This document shows, piece after piece, positions 35,320-47,090 of a stretch of DNA of 64,000 bases (within the stretch, counting starts at the first letter, position 1; each line of letters starts with the position of its first letter). The position numbers and the translations under genes are program-made. The stretch is from contig NC_087438.1 in the NCBI RefSeq assembly GCF_036321535.1, positions 7,008,001 to 7,072,000 on the forward strand. The letters are read 5' to 3'. The stretch comes from Camelus dromedarius (taxonomy: Eukaryota). Below the pieces are notes generated by a model. The model ran no database searches. It saw only the letters and a program-made list of their open reading frames with translations, and was not told the origin of the DNA.

Positions 35320-36010
35320 ATCTGCATCACCCTGCCCCCAGCCTCCATCATCCCTTGCCCTGATTAGTGCAGTAGCTTCCTAACCTGGTCTCCCCCTCCC
35401 CCTTCACCCCCTCTCTTCCCCAGCGATCTTTTTTCAGCACAGGAATCCAAGTCATCCCTTTAAAAGCTATGTGAAATCACATCCCCTCCTGCTCAGATGG
35501 GACAGCTAGCTATCCCATCTCACCCAGCACAAAGGTCAAAGTCCACCCAATGCCCAACAAGACCTCCCATGGTCTGGTTCCCTGGTACCACTCCGTCCAA
35601 CTTCACAGCACATTCTTTGATCTCCCTTGTCCCTGCATGCTCCCCACTCAGAGTTCTGGCACCTGTTGCTCCCTCTGCGTCAAACCTTCCTCCTCCAGAT
35701 GTCTACGTGGATGTCTCCCACATCTCCCTCGGGTCGTATCTCCTCGAGGAGGCTTTCCCTGGCCATTCCATGCAGAGCCACAACACTCCTCCCCACCCTG
35801 GCCCCAAGCCCCTGCCTTCTCTGTAGCAGTACCCTCTCCTGACATCTATACATTTTGAGTCCTGTTTGCAGTGTAATTCCCCACTCTCAGCGGTGATGGT
35901 TATGAAGACAGAATTTTATCTGCTTGGTTCACTGCCTACCCAAAGCATTTGGAACAGGGCTTCGGCATGGCGTTCCCTCAATAAACAGTTACTGTATTGC
36001 AGGAAAGAAT
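35320..36010 (+). mobile_element. L2 3' region
   Basis: TAGCTTCCTAACCTGGTCTCCC..AAATCACATCCCTCCTGCTCA..CTGTTGCTCCCTCTGC..GAGGAGGCTTTCCCTGGCCA..CTCAATAAACA. Confidence 0.8.
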
Positions 36011-37379
36011 GCTTCTCAGCACCCTCACCTCCTGCTCTCACCCGAAGGAACAGTTCTGCATCTGGCCCCGTGGCACCAATACAGTCTGACTCTGGGGAGT
36101 GGGGGCTGCCTGAGAGGTGAGGAATCTCTGCCAGGAAAGAAAGAGAACTGTTGCCTGGACCATCCTAATCTACTAACGGCCAGGAAAGTGTGGCTTACAG
36201 GGAAATATCAAGGAGTTTGAGAAGATAGCTAAATAAGAAGAAAAAAAGAGAAAAAATCACCCATGAAACTACCTGTGACAAAAAAAAGAGAGAAACAGGA
36301 CATGAGAAGAAACCCCACGTGCAGAAGGGTAGGTTTGTATGTGCAGGTTCCTGGAGACACTAGGTTCCTACAATATACTTTGGACCCAGTATTTTTAAAA
36401 AAGAGCTGTGGTGATTTTGTTATAACTGCCCAAAGAAGTATGATGTCTTTATCATTGATATGACTATTTCATTGTATGGAGGAAGAGAGAATGAACGGGA
36501 ACCTGCAAAATACATGATCAGGCAAGTCAAAAGAGAAACAGTAAAAAGCCAATAAATATTGTATTTATTGAAAAAAAATGTGTTTAACTCCACAAATCAT
36601 CAATGTAGCACACCTAAGAACAATAACAAAACAATTTTCCTGTATGCTGGGTAGGATTATTAAATGATAAATCCGATGAATTTCAGAATAAGCATGGTTG
36701 GAGTGTAAGATTGGCATAAAGTTTCTGAAGGAAAAGTTGGCATTATACATCAGAAGGGTTTTTAATTCATACTCTATTATTCAGTGACAGCACATATAAT
36801 TTACTCCCATTCACCCACAATGTTTTCTGTACTTAAAAAATCATTGCTCCCAGTAAAGTGCCAGAGTTGGGATTGGAATTCAGATCTATCAGCTTCAAAG
36901 ATCAGGAACCTACCAGGTCCTCAAGCCTTCCACAAGAAGGAAAATATATCTGGAGAATTTGAAATAGACTTTAGATGCAAAACTATGTTCAGTCTATCGG
37001 CAAACGGGATGGAAAATGTTTAAGCAGTTTAAGTCATCCTTTGACCTGCAGAACACCAGAACCCAGATCATTCCCGGCCAAATGAGACAGTACACTGAGC
37101 ATTTAAAAACCCAAGCACAGATAACTTCTGACTATAGGAACACATTACCAATTCGCATCACAATGGTGTACTCAGGAAGGTTATCTTAACAAAAAATTTC
37201 CTGACACTCACATGAATAAATGGATGTACACATCTGAATAGATTTAAGATGCTTGCTCTAGAACTCTTTGCTGAAAAGAAGTTTAACTTGAGACACAAAA
37301 CACCAATTATTTTGCAGGCTCAAGCTTAAGCAATTTAGCCTTATTTTGAAAGCCCTTGTCACAAAAGCAAACAAAAGGC

Positions 37380-37730
37380 AAGCGAGGCTCTGCCGCGTCT
37401 CAGCCTTTCCCTCCAGTCCGCCCACCGCGTAGGATTTTACAAGGTTAGTTGCAAACGTGAACAACTCCAAGCGAGCTGTTCTCTCGGAATTAATCCATTT
37501 CGAAGTCGAGAGCCAGGCAAGTGGCAATGCTAATCAAGCAAGTGACAGCATTAATCTCCTTTGGCTCAGCTCAAAATAGGCTATGCCACAGGTGACCCTG
37601 AGTCCTTCCCGCCCCTTCTCAAGCCATTAGCTGAACATCATATTTCTTTCTGCTGCCAATGCTGGCGCCACCAGCAGCACAATTCAAATAGGGGGAAACG
37701 AACACATGCGATGAGAACAGCTTATTAACT
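37380..37730. promoter_or_regulatory. Candidate enhancer with homeodomain motif cluster
   Basis: Non-repeat and CpG-retaining; TAATCC 37491-37496, TAATCA 37531-37536, TGACAG 37543-37548, TAATCT 37552-37557. Confidence 0.35.
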
Positions 37731-39316
37731 CTGTCTGGGAATGTCTGTGCTCACCTACGGCTGGTTCTAAGGAATTCTCCTAATTTGCCAAAAGTAGTGA
37801 GAAGAGAGCCCACAAACCAATTATCCTCTCCATGTTACAGGAGGATGAACAACTAAAACCATTAGGATTCAAATTTAAATTGAGTGTTACAATGACGGCA
37901 GAGAGGCTGATGCCACAGGAAACTTCAGGAAGTGATTTCAATATGAATGAATTCTCAGAGAAACACATGTGTTGCTCTTCCACTGCAGGATCTCCAACAT
38001 GACAAGGGGCCACAGAGGAACTAGACCTGAGGGATGACTATGAAACAGGCCTGAAATAGACACCTGAAGTGTGACAAGGTGTCTGATCTCCTGAAACCTG
38101 GACAAACGCTGCTCTGAAAGGATGATTTAAAGAACAAACCAGATGCGAATGTATAAATCACTCTCCACTTGCAAGGGCTCTACAGAGAACCTGGCGAACC
38201 AAATCGAAGTTCTGTGATCGTCTATACAAATGAAGAAATGCCCTCAGGTCTAATTCCCATCCCTTAAAGTTCCAAATGCCCCTTAATATAAAGGTCAAAT
38301 GGCTGGCAATTTCCCTTTTACCTGTTCTTTACTGTTTTATGCATACACGTGTGTACCCTCCTCTCCGGGTTTATAGGAGTCCAGAATTCCTTCCCTGTCT
38401 TTGATTGCCCTTCAGAGAACAGGGTGCTGGTGCAGAAGGACATCAGCTCTATTCCATTCTGGCTTTCAGCTCTTGCCAAGCACAGAGGTGGAATCCTCAC
38501 TGCTCATTTCCAGGCCTGAAATGCATCCTTATTGGTCTCCTCCTTCCTGGAGCGTATGTACTTCAGGATGACGCAGTGTCCTTCCCTACTGACCTGCAGG
38601 CTCTAACAGAAGTGTCTGGATCTATTCCCTTTGGAGAAGGAAGTTAGGAAAGGAATAACCTTGAAAGTATTTCTTGCACCCCCTTCACTGTGAATAACTC
38701 GATTGAGCCAGTGAGGATCTGGCCCAAGGACAGCCAATCAGTAAACTGGTATGTGACCTGAGACAGAAGCTCAGCAGCAGAGGACTTGGAGAGGATGTGT
38801 AGTTTGATAAAGGACAGTAAGATGTAGTTTAGAGTTGGAAATGTATGGCCAAAAAAAGTAACACCAGCTGTTTTCATAATACACACTATAGAACATATTG
38901 CTTGACAAGAATGTTGGGGCCTGTGGGGAAACACAGGAGCCAGAGATGTGAAATTTCAAGGGTGGAGTACTGAGTATCCCCAAAGAGAGCAAAGGTGGCC
39001 CAGTGAGTGGAGGAAACAAGGAAGGACCTGCACACTCACTGTCGGGGTGGGCAGTGCCCTTTCCAAGGCTCCAGCGGATGTGTGTCCTACAAGGACACCC
39101 TAAATACTTAGAGTAACTCAAAGAGGTCACTCTCCTTAAAACCAAAGAGCCTGAAGAGGACACTAGTTAAATGGCACTTAAATTAGTATGTAAGGGTTAA
39201 AGGACTGTTGAAATTAATCTATGACTGAAATATTATTACAAAATTTTTTGTATAATAGTAACTTAAACTACTTTCCCTTAAAAAAATTCCATTTCTAAGA
39301 ATGATGATTATAGTTT

Positions 39317-40524
39317 TGTTGACTGAAAAAATGCACAACCTAAAAGTTGAGAATTATGGGGGGTTTTGTGTGGGGGTTTTTTGTATATATATATATATTT
39401 TTGAAGTATAGTCAGTTTACAATGTTGTGTCAATTTCTGGTGTACAGCACAATGCTCTGGTCATACGTGAACATATATATACTTGTTTTCATATTCTTTT
39501 TCACCATAAGTTACTACAAGATAGCAAATGTAGTTCCCTGTGCTATACAGTAGGAACCTGTTGTTTATCTATTTTATATATATTAGTTAGTATCTGAAAA
39601 CCTTGAACTCCCAATTTATCCCTCACCAATCCTTTCCCCCCGGTAACCATAAGTTTGTTTTCTATGTGAGTCTGTTTCTGTTTTGTAAACAAGTTCATTT
39701 GTCTTTTTTTTTTTTTTTAGATTCCACATATAAGGGATATCATATGGTATTTTTCTTTCTCTTTCTGGCTTAACTTCACTTAGAATGACAATCTCCAGGT
39801 CCATCCATGTTGCTGCAAATGCTATTACTTTATTATTTTTATGGCTGGGTAGTATTCCATTGTATAAATATACCACAGCTTCTTTCCAGTCATCTTTTGA
39901 TGGACATTAGGTTGTTTCCATGTCTTGGCTATTATAAGTAATGCTGCTATGAACACTGGGGTGCATGTATCTTTTTGAATTAAGGTTCCCTCTGGATATA
40001 TGCCCAGGAGTGGGATTGCTGGATCATATGGTAAATCTATTTTTAGTCTTTTGAGGCATCTCCATACTGTTTTCCATGGCTGCACCAAACTACATTCCCA
40101 CCAACAGTGTAGGAGGGTTCCCTTGAGAATTATGTTTTATTTGGCAAACTTTCTGAGGATCTCAAGCCTGGGAGGCAGCTCTGCAGGACTGCTCTGAATT
40201 GATAAGGGAGGAGCCAGGATACATAGGAGTTTTTGCAACAAACACCAGGTAGCTGGAACTTCAAAAGATTGTTGTTAGTTAAAGGAAACAAGACATCTCA
40301 AGTTAATGAATTTAGTGCTTTTCTCTGTATGCAGAGATGCAAGAGCCTGGCTCCTTGGCATCATTCCTAAAATATGCACCTTAGCTGTCTCGGGCCAATC
40401 TCCTGTTCTTTCCCATCCTGAGTCCTCTCAGGGTGCGAGTCTGGGGGTGACTGCAGTGGCTGCTGGCTTGATAGCCACAGCATCCTTTGTTTGCTGAAAT
40501 GGCAGGCAACATTTTTCATTCACA
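39317..40524 (-). mobile_element. ERV1 solo LTR, MER41-like, interrupted by L1
   Basis: TGTTGACTGAAAAAATGCACAACCTAAAAGTTGAGAATTATGTTTTATTTGG..CAAGTTAATGAATTTAGTGCTTTTCT..ATATGCACCTTAGCT..ATTTTTCATTCACA. Confidence 0.75.
39359..40122 (-). mobile_element. Young 5'-truncated L1
   Basis: ORF2 remnants ([31 protein letters not shown]); perfect 12-bp TSD TTGAGAATTATG at 39347-39358 and 40123-40134. Confidence 0.95.
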
Positions 40525-40742
40525 TTTTATACATAATGATATATATTCCTTAAATATGCAATTCCAGGCACAGGACTCATTTCCACTGTTAAAGAGTAAC
40601 CAGCTTATATACTGTATGTGAATCTGTGGATTGTATTTCACTGGAGATATATCTGAAATGGTCTGACGAGAAAAGGAAGGATAACAGGGCTCAACTGCAT
40701 TTTAATAAAGTTAATTGTCGCCACTAGTGCTAATTACTGTTT

Positions 40743-41287
40743 TGAGAGACTGAATATATAAAGGGACAGTGGCCAGACCATACATGAAAGCAGAACTCTG
40801 ACCCACATCCTGCAGCAACTAGCCCAGGAAACCAATTCCTTCTCTATGTAACCAGCCCAGGAAGCCAGCCTGCTCTCTTTAAGTCAGACTTCTAGGAAGT
40901 CAGACCACTATCTCTAGTAACTGGTCCCAGAAGCCAACCAATAACTCCTGTAACAATTGGCCAAAAGGATCAAGACTTGGTTAATAACTGACAGCTTCCC
41001 TAATCTTTGTCCCCATTTCCAATTTAGGACCAATCAGAAAAAGGCCAAATGTGCAGTCCCAACCAATACACAGGACGTCCTGCTTCTCATTAGCCGGCCC
41101 CAGCTTCTCCAGGGCAACAGCCTCCCATCAGGGCACATCTGAAGCCACCCTTTTTTTCCCTGTAAACCTTTCCTGGTCCCCAACTGCCTTTGAGTGCCTG
41201 CCAAGGTGACTGACCCCCTTGCTGTAGTAAGTGAAGGATAAACAGCTGTGGTTGTCCTCATTTGGTTGGTCTTCATCTATTTCCACA
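40743..41287 (+). mobile_element. ERV1 solo LTR, MER89/MER90-like
   Basis: TGAGAGACTGAA..GGCCAGACCATA..AGAACTCTGACCCACA..TAATAACTGACAGCTTCCCTAAT..CTCATTTGGTTGGTCTTCATCTATTTCCACA. Confidence 0.8.
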
Positions 41288-41634
41288 CTTCTATGGACAT
41301 TTCTAAAAAGAATTCTTATAAAAACAAGCAACACAGTAAAGCAAGGTAGGTAAACGTGGTGTTACCTATCACTGTGGCACCTGGATGTGAGAATCTGAAG
41401 TGCTGTTTTTCTGCCACCTTGTCTAAAAGAATGACCTGAGTCCAAAACCCATCCTACACGTGGGTAAGTTTATGAGTCAGTTTCTGTAAAGTATTATTTC
41501 CACAATATGTATATTTCATGATAAAAACAAGAGGACTTTCTCAACAGGCTTCCAAAGGATACAACAAAAAGATTTATAAAAGAAAGCTGGGCCAATATGG
41601 AGCTCCCCAAGTCATCATAAAAATTAGAAATGGC

Positions 41635-41797
41635 GGGGAAGGGTGTAGCTCAGTGGTTAAAGCACATATTTAGCATGCACAAGGTCCTGGATTAAATCCC
41701 CAGTACCTCCGTTAAAATAACTAACTGAATAAATAAACCTAATTACCTCCCACCCAAAACAAAAACAAAAACAAAACAAACAAGAAACAAAAACAAA
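41635..41797 (+). mobile_element. Camelid tRNA-derived SINE (vic-1 type)
   Basis: GGGGAAGGGTGTAGCTCAGTGGT..AGCATGCACAAGGTCCTGG..CCCCAGTACCTCC..AATAAATAAACCTAATTACCTCCC..A-rich tail; TTAGAAAT on both flanks. Confidence 0.9.
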
Positions 41798-43003
41798 TTT
41801 AGAAATAAAAGAGTAGGAGAGACATCCTTACTCTATCTTATAGTTTTTAAGAGTCTATTAAGAACAATGAAATTAATAATCTGATGAGAAAGGTGAAAAA
41901 AAGAAAAGCCAGCTGTCAACAACTCTCCATTTGCCACTGAACCTCAAGCCACGTATCTTAAGGTCTTCACTTTGGGGTTTGAAGTTCTCTGCCCAGCAGA
42001 CGCCCAGAGGTGTCAGTTACCGCCCCCCACCCCAAAATGGGGGAAGCGTGATGGACAATTGCAATGGAGAAAAAGCTCTAAAGTAACAGAAGCAAAATGA
42101 TCATGACCCATGGAAGGAATGAGTCCATGTACTTGAGTACACAGAAACTCAAACTCGAAAACTAGTGAAACAAAACACCCCACAAGGGGGAAATGAGGAG
42201 GAAGCAAGCACACTGCGGACCTATGTGCTGTGTAAATTAGTTACCCGTGGAACGCCCAGAGTTACAACCCGAGCACACTTCCCGCCAACATTCTGTTGGA
42301 TCTGGTTCTGCTGAGAAACGTGCTTTTCACAATATGCCTGAAACCTGTCTGCAATGATTACCTAAGAAGCAGAAAGGTGGCATTTTAAATTTTAGTGACA
42401 CATTAATGAACAAGATAATACTCTTGACAGATACAAAGATTCACCCCATAGAGCTAAGCAGCAGCTCCTCAGATCAAAACTCCAGCCGTGGAACTGGCCT
42501 TGGCACCAGAGCTGCAGTGCAGGTAACCGCGTCCCCTTCAGACACCTCGCAGGCACTGACGTATTTACTGCCCTTATTGTCCCTGGCAGACTTTGGCAGG
42601 CATCTCCTCTCAGAAGACTCAAGCCTTTGTCCTGGAGTCAAGAGTTAACAGGATTCCTTAACTGCAGTATCAGTTATAACAAGGTCCTGCCTTTTTAAAA
42701 CCAATGCTTCTTCAAGCCTAAGAATTGATGTTCCAGTTGGAGATGGCATGATCTCAAAGGGCAGCAATTCAAAGGACAACGCTAGGACCTGAATGGATGC
42801 AGGTTTCCCATGGAGTAGTTTATGTTATGGTCACGAACATGTTCCTGGATATGTGCTGTGGCACCTCTGACCAACCACCAGAGCCAGTAAGGGGAGAGGT
42901 GGGTGTCGGAGCCCCTGAGGGGCTCTCCTGAGGCCCCTGAAGGCTCCTCGTGGTGGCTGTGTCTCCTGCAAACAGTCTGAGCAGGAACTAAGCTCAGGGT
43001 CAG

Positions 43004-43307
43004 TGTTAGAGGCTGAACTGTGCCCCTCGAACATTCATATGCTGAATCCTAGCATCCCCAGCCCCTGTATCTCCGAATGTGACCTTATTTGGAAACAGGG
43101 TCACTGCAGATGTAAATAGTTAAGGTGAGGTCATTAGGGTGGCCCCTAATTCAGTAAAGCTGGTGTCCTTGTGAAAAGGGGGGTTTGGACACAAAGATTT
43201 TCCCTCACAGCCTCAGAAGGAACACCTTGATCTCAGACTTCTGACAGTAAATTTCTGTTGTTTAAACTACCCAGTTCGTGGTAGAGCAGTTCTAGGAAAC
43301 AAATACG
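43004..43307 (+). mobile_element. MaLR LTR, MLT1B-like, internally deleted
   Basis: GAATGTGACCTTATTTGGAAACAGGGTC..TGCAGATGTAA..TTCCCTCACAGCCTCAGAAGGAAC..TAAATTTCTGTTGTTTAA. Confidence 0.85.
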
Positions 43308-43749
43308 GTCTCCCTTTGCCATTCTTGGAAACATTAACCAACTTCCAATAACCAAACATCACCATTGGTGGAAACCCTTGACCTGGAGTGAAAACTGGGA
43401 CTTTCCCTAAATTTCCAGCACATTCTTCTTTGGTTTACTCTGGCCACCCACCAGCTCTTCTTACATTCTGAAACTGCCCATTTCATGTTCAAAAACATTA
43501 ACTTGCATTCCAGCGAATGGTCACTGGAATGTCAAAAAAATGAGTGTCCTGGACTATGACTTTTTCTTGACTTAAGGTCATAGGTTTGTAAATCCAGCTA
43601 ATTAAGGAATAAAAAGGAAGAACTGCAGAGAACAAGGAGGGGAGAGAGAACGTAAGGAAATTCTAAACAGTTGCTCTCTTCACCCATCCAATCCTCATCA
43701 AAATGGAAAACTGAGTTTCCGTCTGTTGATGGCTGTTCTAAAATCCAGA

Positions 43750-43900
43750 TAGTGGTTCTCAAAGTGTGCTCTCCACCAGGCAGCATTGACAGAAGTCTCT
43801 GGCCCCACCCCAGACCTATTAAATCAGGAGTGGAGCCCAGTTCCTGGGTTGGAACAAGTCTTCCAGGGGCTTCTGATGCCCACTGAAGGGTGAGCATCTC
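43750..43900. mobile_element. MER5A-like (hAT-Charlie)
   Basis: AGTGGTTCTCAAAGTGTG..GGCCCCACCCCAGACCTATTAAATCAG..AACAAG..TCCAGG..TTCTGATG. Confidence 0.8.
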
Positions 43901-46129
43901 TTACCACATTCAAAGTCAGGAGGCGAGTTGGTTCCACCTGATTGACAATTCAGTTGGGAGTGACTGCCTAAGAGACGTGTGTTAAGAAGGATTCTGGAGC
44001 AGATTCTGAGTTCTGATTTTAAAATGAGGAATCTCTCAGGTAGGAAGAATAAGGGATAGCAGCCAGCAAGCCACTTACCAACCATCCCATGAGTCTCACT
44101 CAGGCTCATAAGCCATCACCATTATATCTTCCTTCCTATCAGTGATTCTAAATTTTAAAAAAGTCCCAAATTCCTTCAGTGACTTGGACCCTAAATACAC
44201 TGACATAAAAAGTGAAAAGAAGAAATTAAAAAACTTGCTCTCAGTCCTGAGACAAAACTCAAAATAAAATAAGTACTTGATGGCACTGTTCTTTCTTCTA
44301 CTAAATATTTATTTCCCCCTTCTCTCTCCATATCCTGCTTCTCTTTCAGGATGACGTTACTTTGGTGATGGGATAAAAGAAATAGAGTTGTACTTCACTT
44401 AGTTCAGGAAAACAAGCCATAGACAATATTTAAACTTACAAGATAAGTAAATTTGAAAGTTACTGAGTTTTTTTCACTGCATTTACATGATAAAGGATTC
44501 TCTTCATTTTTTAAAGGATTTACAAAACAGTTCTTTAGAAGATTGTTTTCCTCTGAGGTATTTCATATCTGATTTGATTTATTTTAAAAATCACCTACTG
44601 CTTCCTGCTGCCTTCAAATTTCAACTCCTGGGGTCCGAGGGCTGTAACTTGGGTGCCTTCTACCTGGCAACCTCTCCCCACTCCTGCTTCTCCCCAGGGT
44701 CAAGTGAAGCCACTTTTCCCTCTATTGTCTCCCAGAGTGCTGGCCTTCGTCCTATTGCCATGGATACCTTGCCCTCCTCCACACCCAGGTCACATCCTCC
44801 CTTCCTTTGGACCCCTGCTCTGGCCCCTTTGCTTCCCTCTAGCCCACTTTGCCCAACCCAGACTTGGGGGCCTCTTCTCTCCCTAAAGCCACATACTTTG
44901 TCCTGTGGTTCCTGCATATCCCTCCTTCCCCAGCCAGTCCCCAAGGGACACCATCTCCAGCCTATGTCCTGCAGCAGCAATGCAGTGATTGAACAGATTC
45001 ACTGCATGAATAGACTCCTTGCTGGGAGACGGCAGCAAGCCAGTCCCTCAGCTCTTTCTTCCAGGGAACCTTGCATGCCTAGCCTAGGCTCCAAATGGAA
45101 TGACTGGATTTCTTACCTGTTAAGGGCTGTTCCTGGCCTCTGGGAAGCACGCAGGGGGATTTGGTTACCAGATAATCTAGTGAACAGTTGGGGTGGTTGT
45201 GAGGCATCCATAGACCAGAAACCCAGGAAATCGGATTCTTCCACTCAGTGGCCCCTAAGGACGTGTGTGGCCTGGGGCATTGTGTCTCTGGCCTTCACTT
45301 GGGCCACAGGCTCTCTCATGCCCATCCTTAAGAATAATTCACAAGGGGATCAGCTAAAACGGCTCGAAGCATCAGCCAACCTCAGCACGGCCTGAACAGT
45401 ATCATTAATCCTTTGCCCCGACCTCCTAAGATATCCCTCTAATCCTTATATTTTCTAGTACAAATGACAGGAGGCATTTTTAAATCTTATTTATAGCTCT
45501 AAATAAATTGGTATGAGCATCCAGCAAACATATTTATTTTATTTCCCAAGAAATATACCCCCAGAAAATGTCAAGGAAATGATCTTTGAAAAACGCACAT
45601 CCGAATGCAGTTTAAAATTTTTCAAGGAATGACTGTGCTCTTGGTTTCCATTTTCTGTAAGATTATTCTACAGGCTCCCGTAAAAGTCAAGCCAGTGCTT
45701 TTAAAGGCGGAAAATGGCCACGAGTTAAGAAAAGCCTTCAAAGCCCCAGGGCTCTCCTTGATTTCGCTTTTACTTTCAGCATTTTGCCTTGAGCGAGCGA
45801 CCTCGAATAGCTCACATATTCAAAAATTGATGGAGAGTTCTTAGCAAAGTAAAACCCAGGTTAAAGATGGTGAGAACTAAGGTGGTCACCAAAATGGCTT
45901 AAAAATTCACGACTGCATTCAGCACTTCCTGATGCGGCATCTCCTCACGCCACTTCCAATGGGTCCTTCCTATCCATCCGCCTCACCCCGGATCCCCCCC
46001 TAGTAAGGGACCTTTCCCACATTTGCGAGCAGTGTCAAACCAGCAAATTACGTGGCAAAAAAACAGAACTCCAGGAAAGAAGATTACTACCTAAATCACA
46101 ACAAAACTCCATTCCGTTGAGTTGGCTGG

Positions 46130-46310
46130 GGAGCGAATTCTCACATAGATTATCTCACTTAATCCACCAAAAATTTTATCCTCATTCTAAGATGAAAAAG
46201 CACAGAGACATCAAATCAATCACTCAACCATCGCACAGCCAGCAAGTGGCGAAGCCGGAGTCTGCCCCGCCTGGCCCCAGAGCCTGGGTGCTCAGCCACC
46301 ATGCTGTGTG
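46130..46310 (-). mobile_element. MIR
   Basis: ATTATCTCACTTAATCC..TATCCTCATTCTAAGATGAAAAA..CACAGCCAGCAAGTGGCGAAGCCGGA..CCAGAGCCTGGGTGCTCAGCCAC. Confidence 0.8.
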
Positions 46311-46539
46311 CCCTGACCAATACCATCGCTTGACGTGTGCTGTGTTAGTCTCGTAAATGATGACTTACATGGGAATTTTTAATGAATTGCAGTTCATCAA
46401 ATTCAAGCATAAACTGCGTTGGTAGAAATGGCTGTTACACAGAGGAAAAGGTGAAGCCCACAAAAAGCAAAGCCTTCCTCAGGGTCTGTGAGAGTGACCC
46501 AGGGAACGTGAAAGCCCCCAAGAGAACATGCCAAGACCA

Positions 46540-46566
46540 GGTCCAGGCGGTCCAGGCGGTCCAGGC
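46540..46566. repeat. (GGTCCAGGC)x3 tandem repeat
   Basis: Direct read. Confidence 0.9.
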
Positions 46567-46969
46567 AGGCAAGGAGGATCCCAGCGTGCAGGGTAGCGCC
46601 CTGCCCACAGCTCCCGGATGGCCCATCCAGGGTGGGGCTCATCTCGGGGGCACAGCTGGAGGACAAGCCTGGACCACAGTTTTGGGGCAGCTGTAAGATG
46701 ACTTACACCTGACCCTCGTCTACTCACCCGGACAGACCTGCTTTAGATCCCTGAGTAGCTGAGGCACCTGTGTCAACACTTTCCACGCTGGCCTCTTATC
46801 TTTGGGACCAGCAGTCTGGTGAGGTCCAGCCACCACCCGAGCAAGGACACCTGCAGCCAGTTCCTGAAACCTGCCATGCCAAGAGTTGTTTCACAGCTCT
46901 TACCGGCTGATTAGCAGTTTGCTTTGGGTCCAACCCAGTGGGCAGCAAAGATGTTCTAAGCTCAGGTCA

Positions 46970-47090
46970 CTGGGGTCAATATCTCTGCCTTTACTAGCTA
47001 TTGACCTTGGGAGAGTTTAGAAGTTCTTGGATCCTCAATTTCCTTACCTGAAAGACGAAGATAATGAGCTGAGTTATCGTGAGGACTGCA
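46970..47090 (+). mobile_element. MIR
   Basis: CTCTGCC..TTACTAGCT..TGACCTTGGG..CCTCAATTTCCTTACCTGAAA..GATAAT. Confidence 0.75.

Noticed and set aside
41635..41710. tRNA gene (also 9730-9804)
   Set aside because: tRNA-derived SINE head with SINE body, tail and TSD.
44487..45395. Longest ORF (302 aa)
   Set aside because: No recognisable domain; Ser/Pro/Leu-rich from CT-rich sequence; no promoter context. Most likely a chance ORF.
46479..46727. Collagen-like PGPPGPPGPG
   Set aside because: Produced by a 9-bp repeat x3; no extended Gly-X-Y and no matching splice sites.
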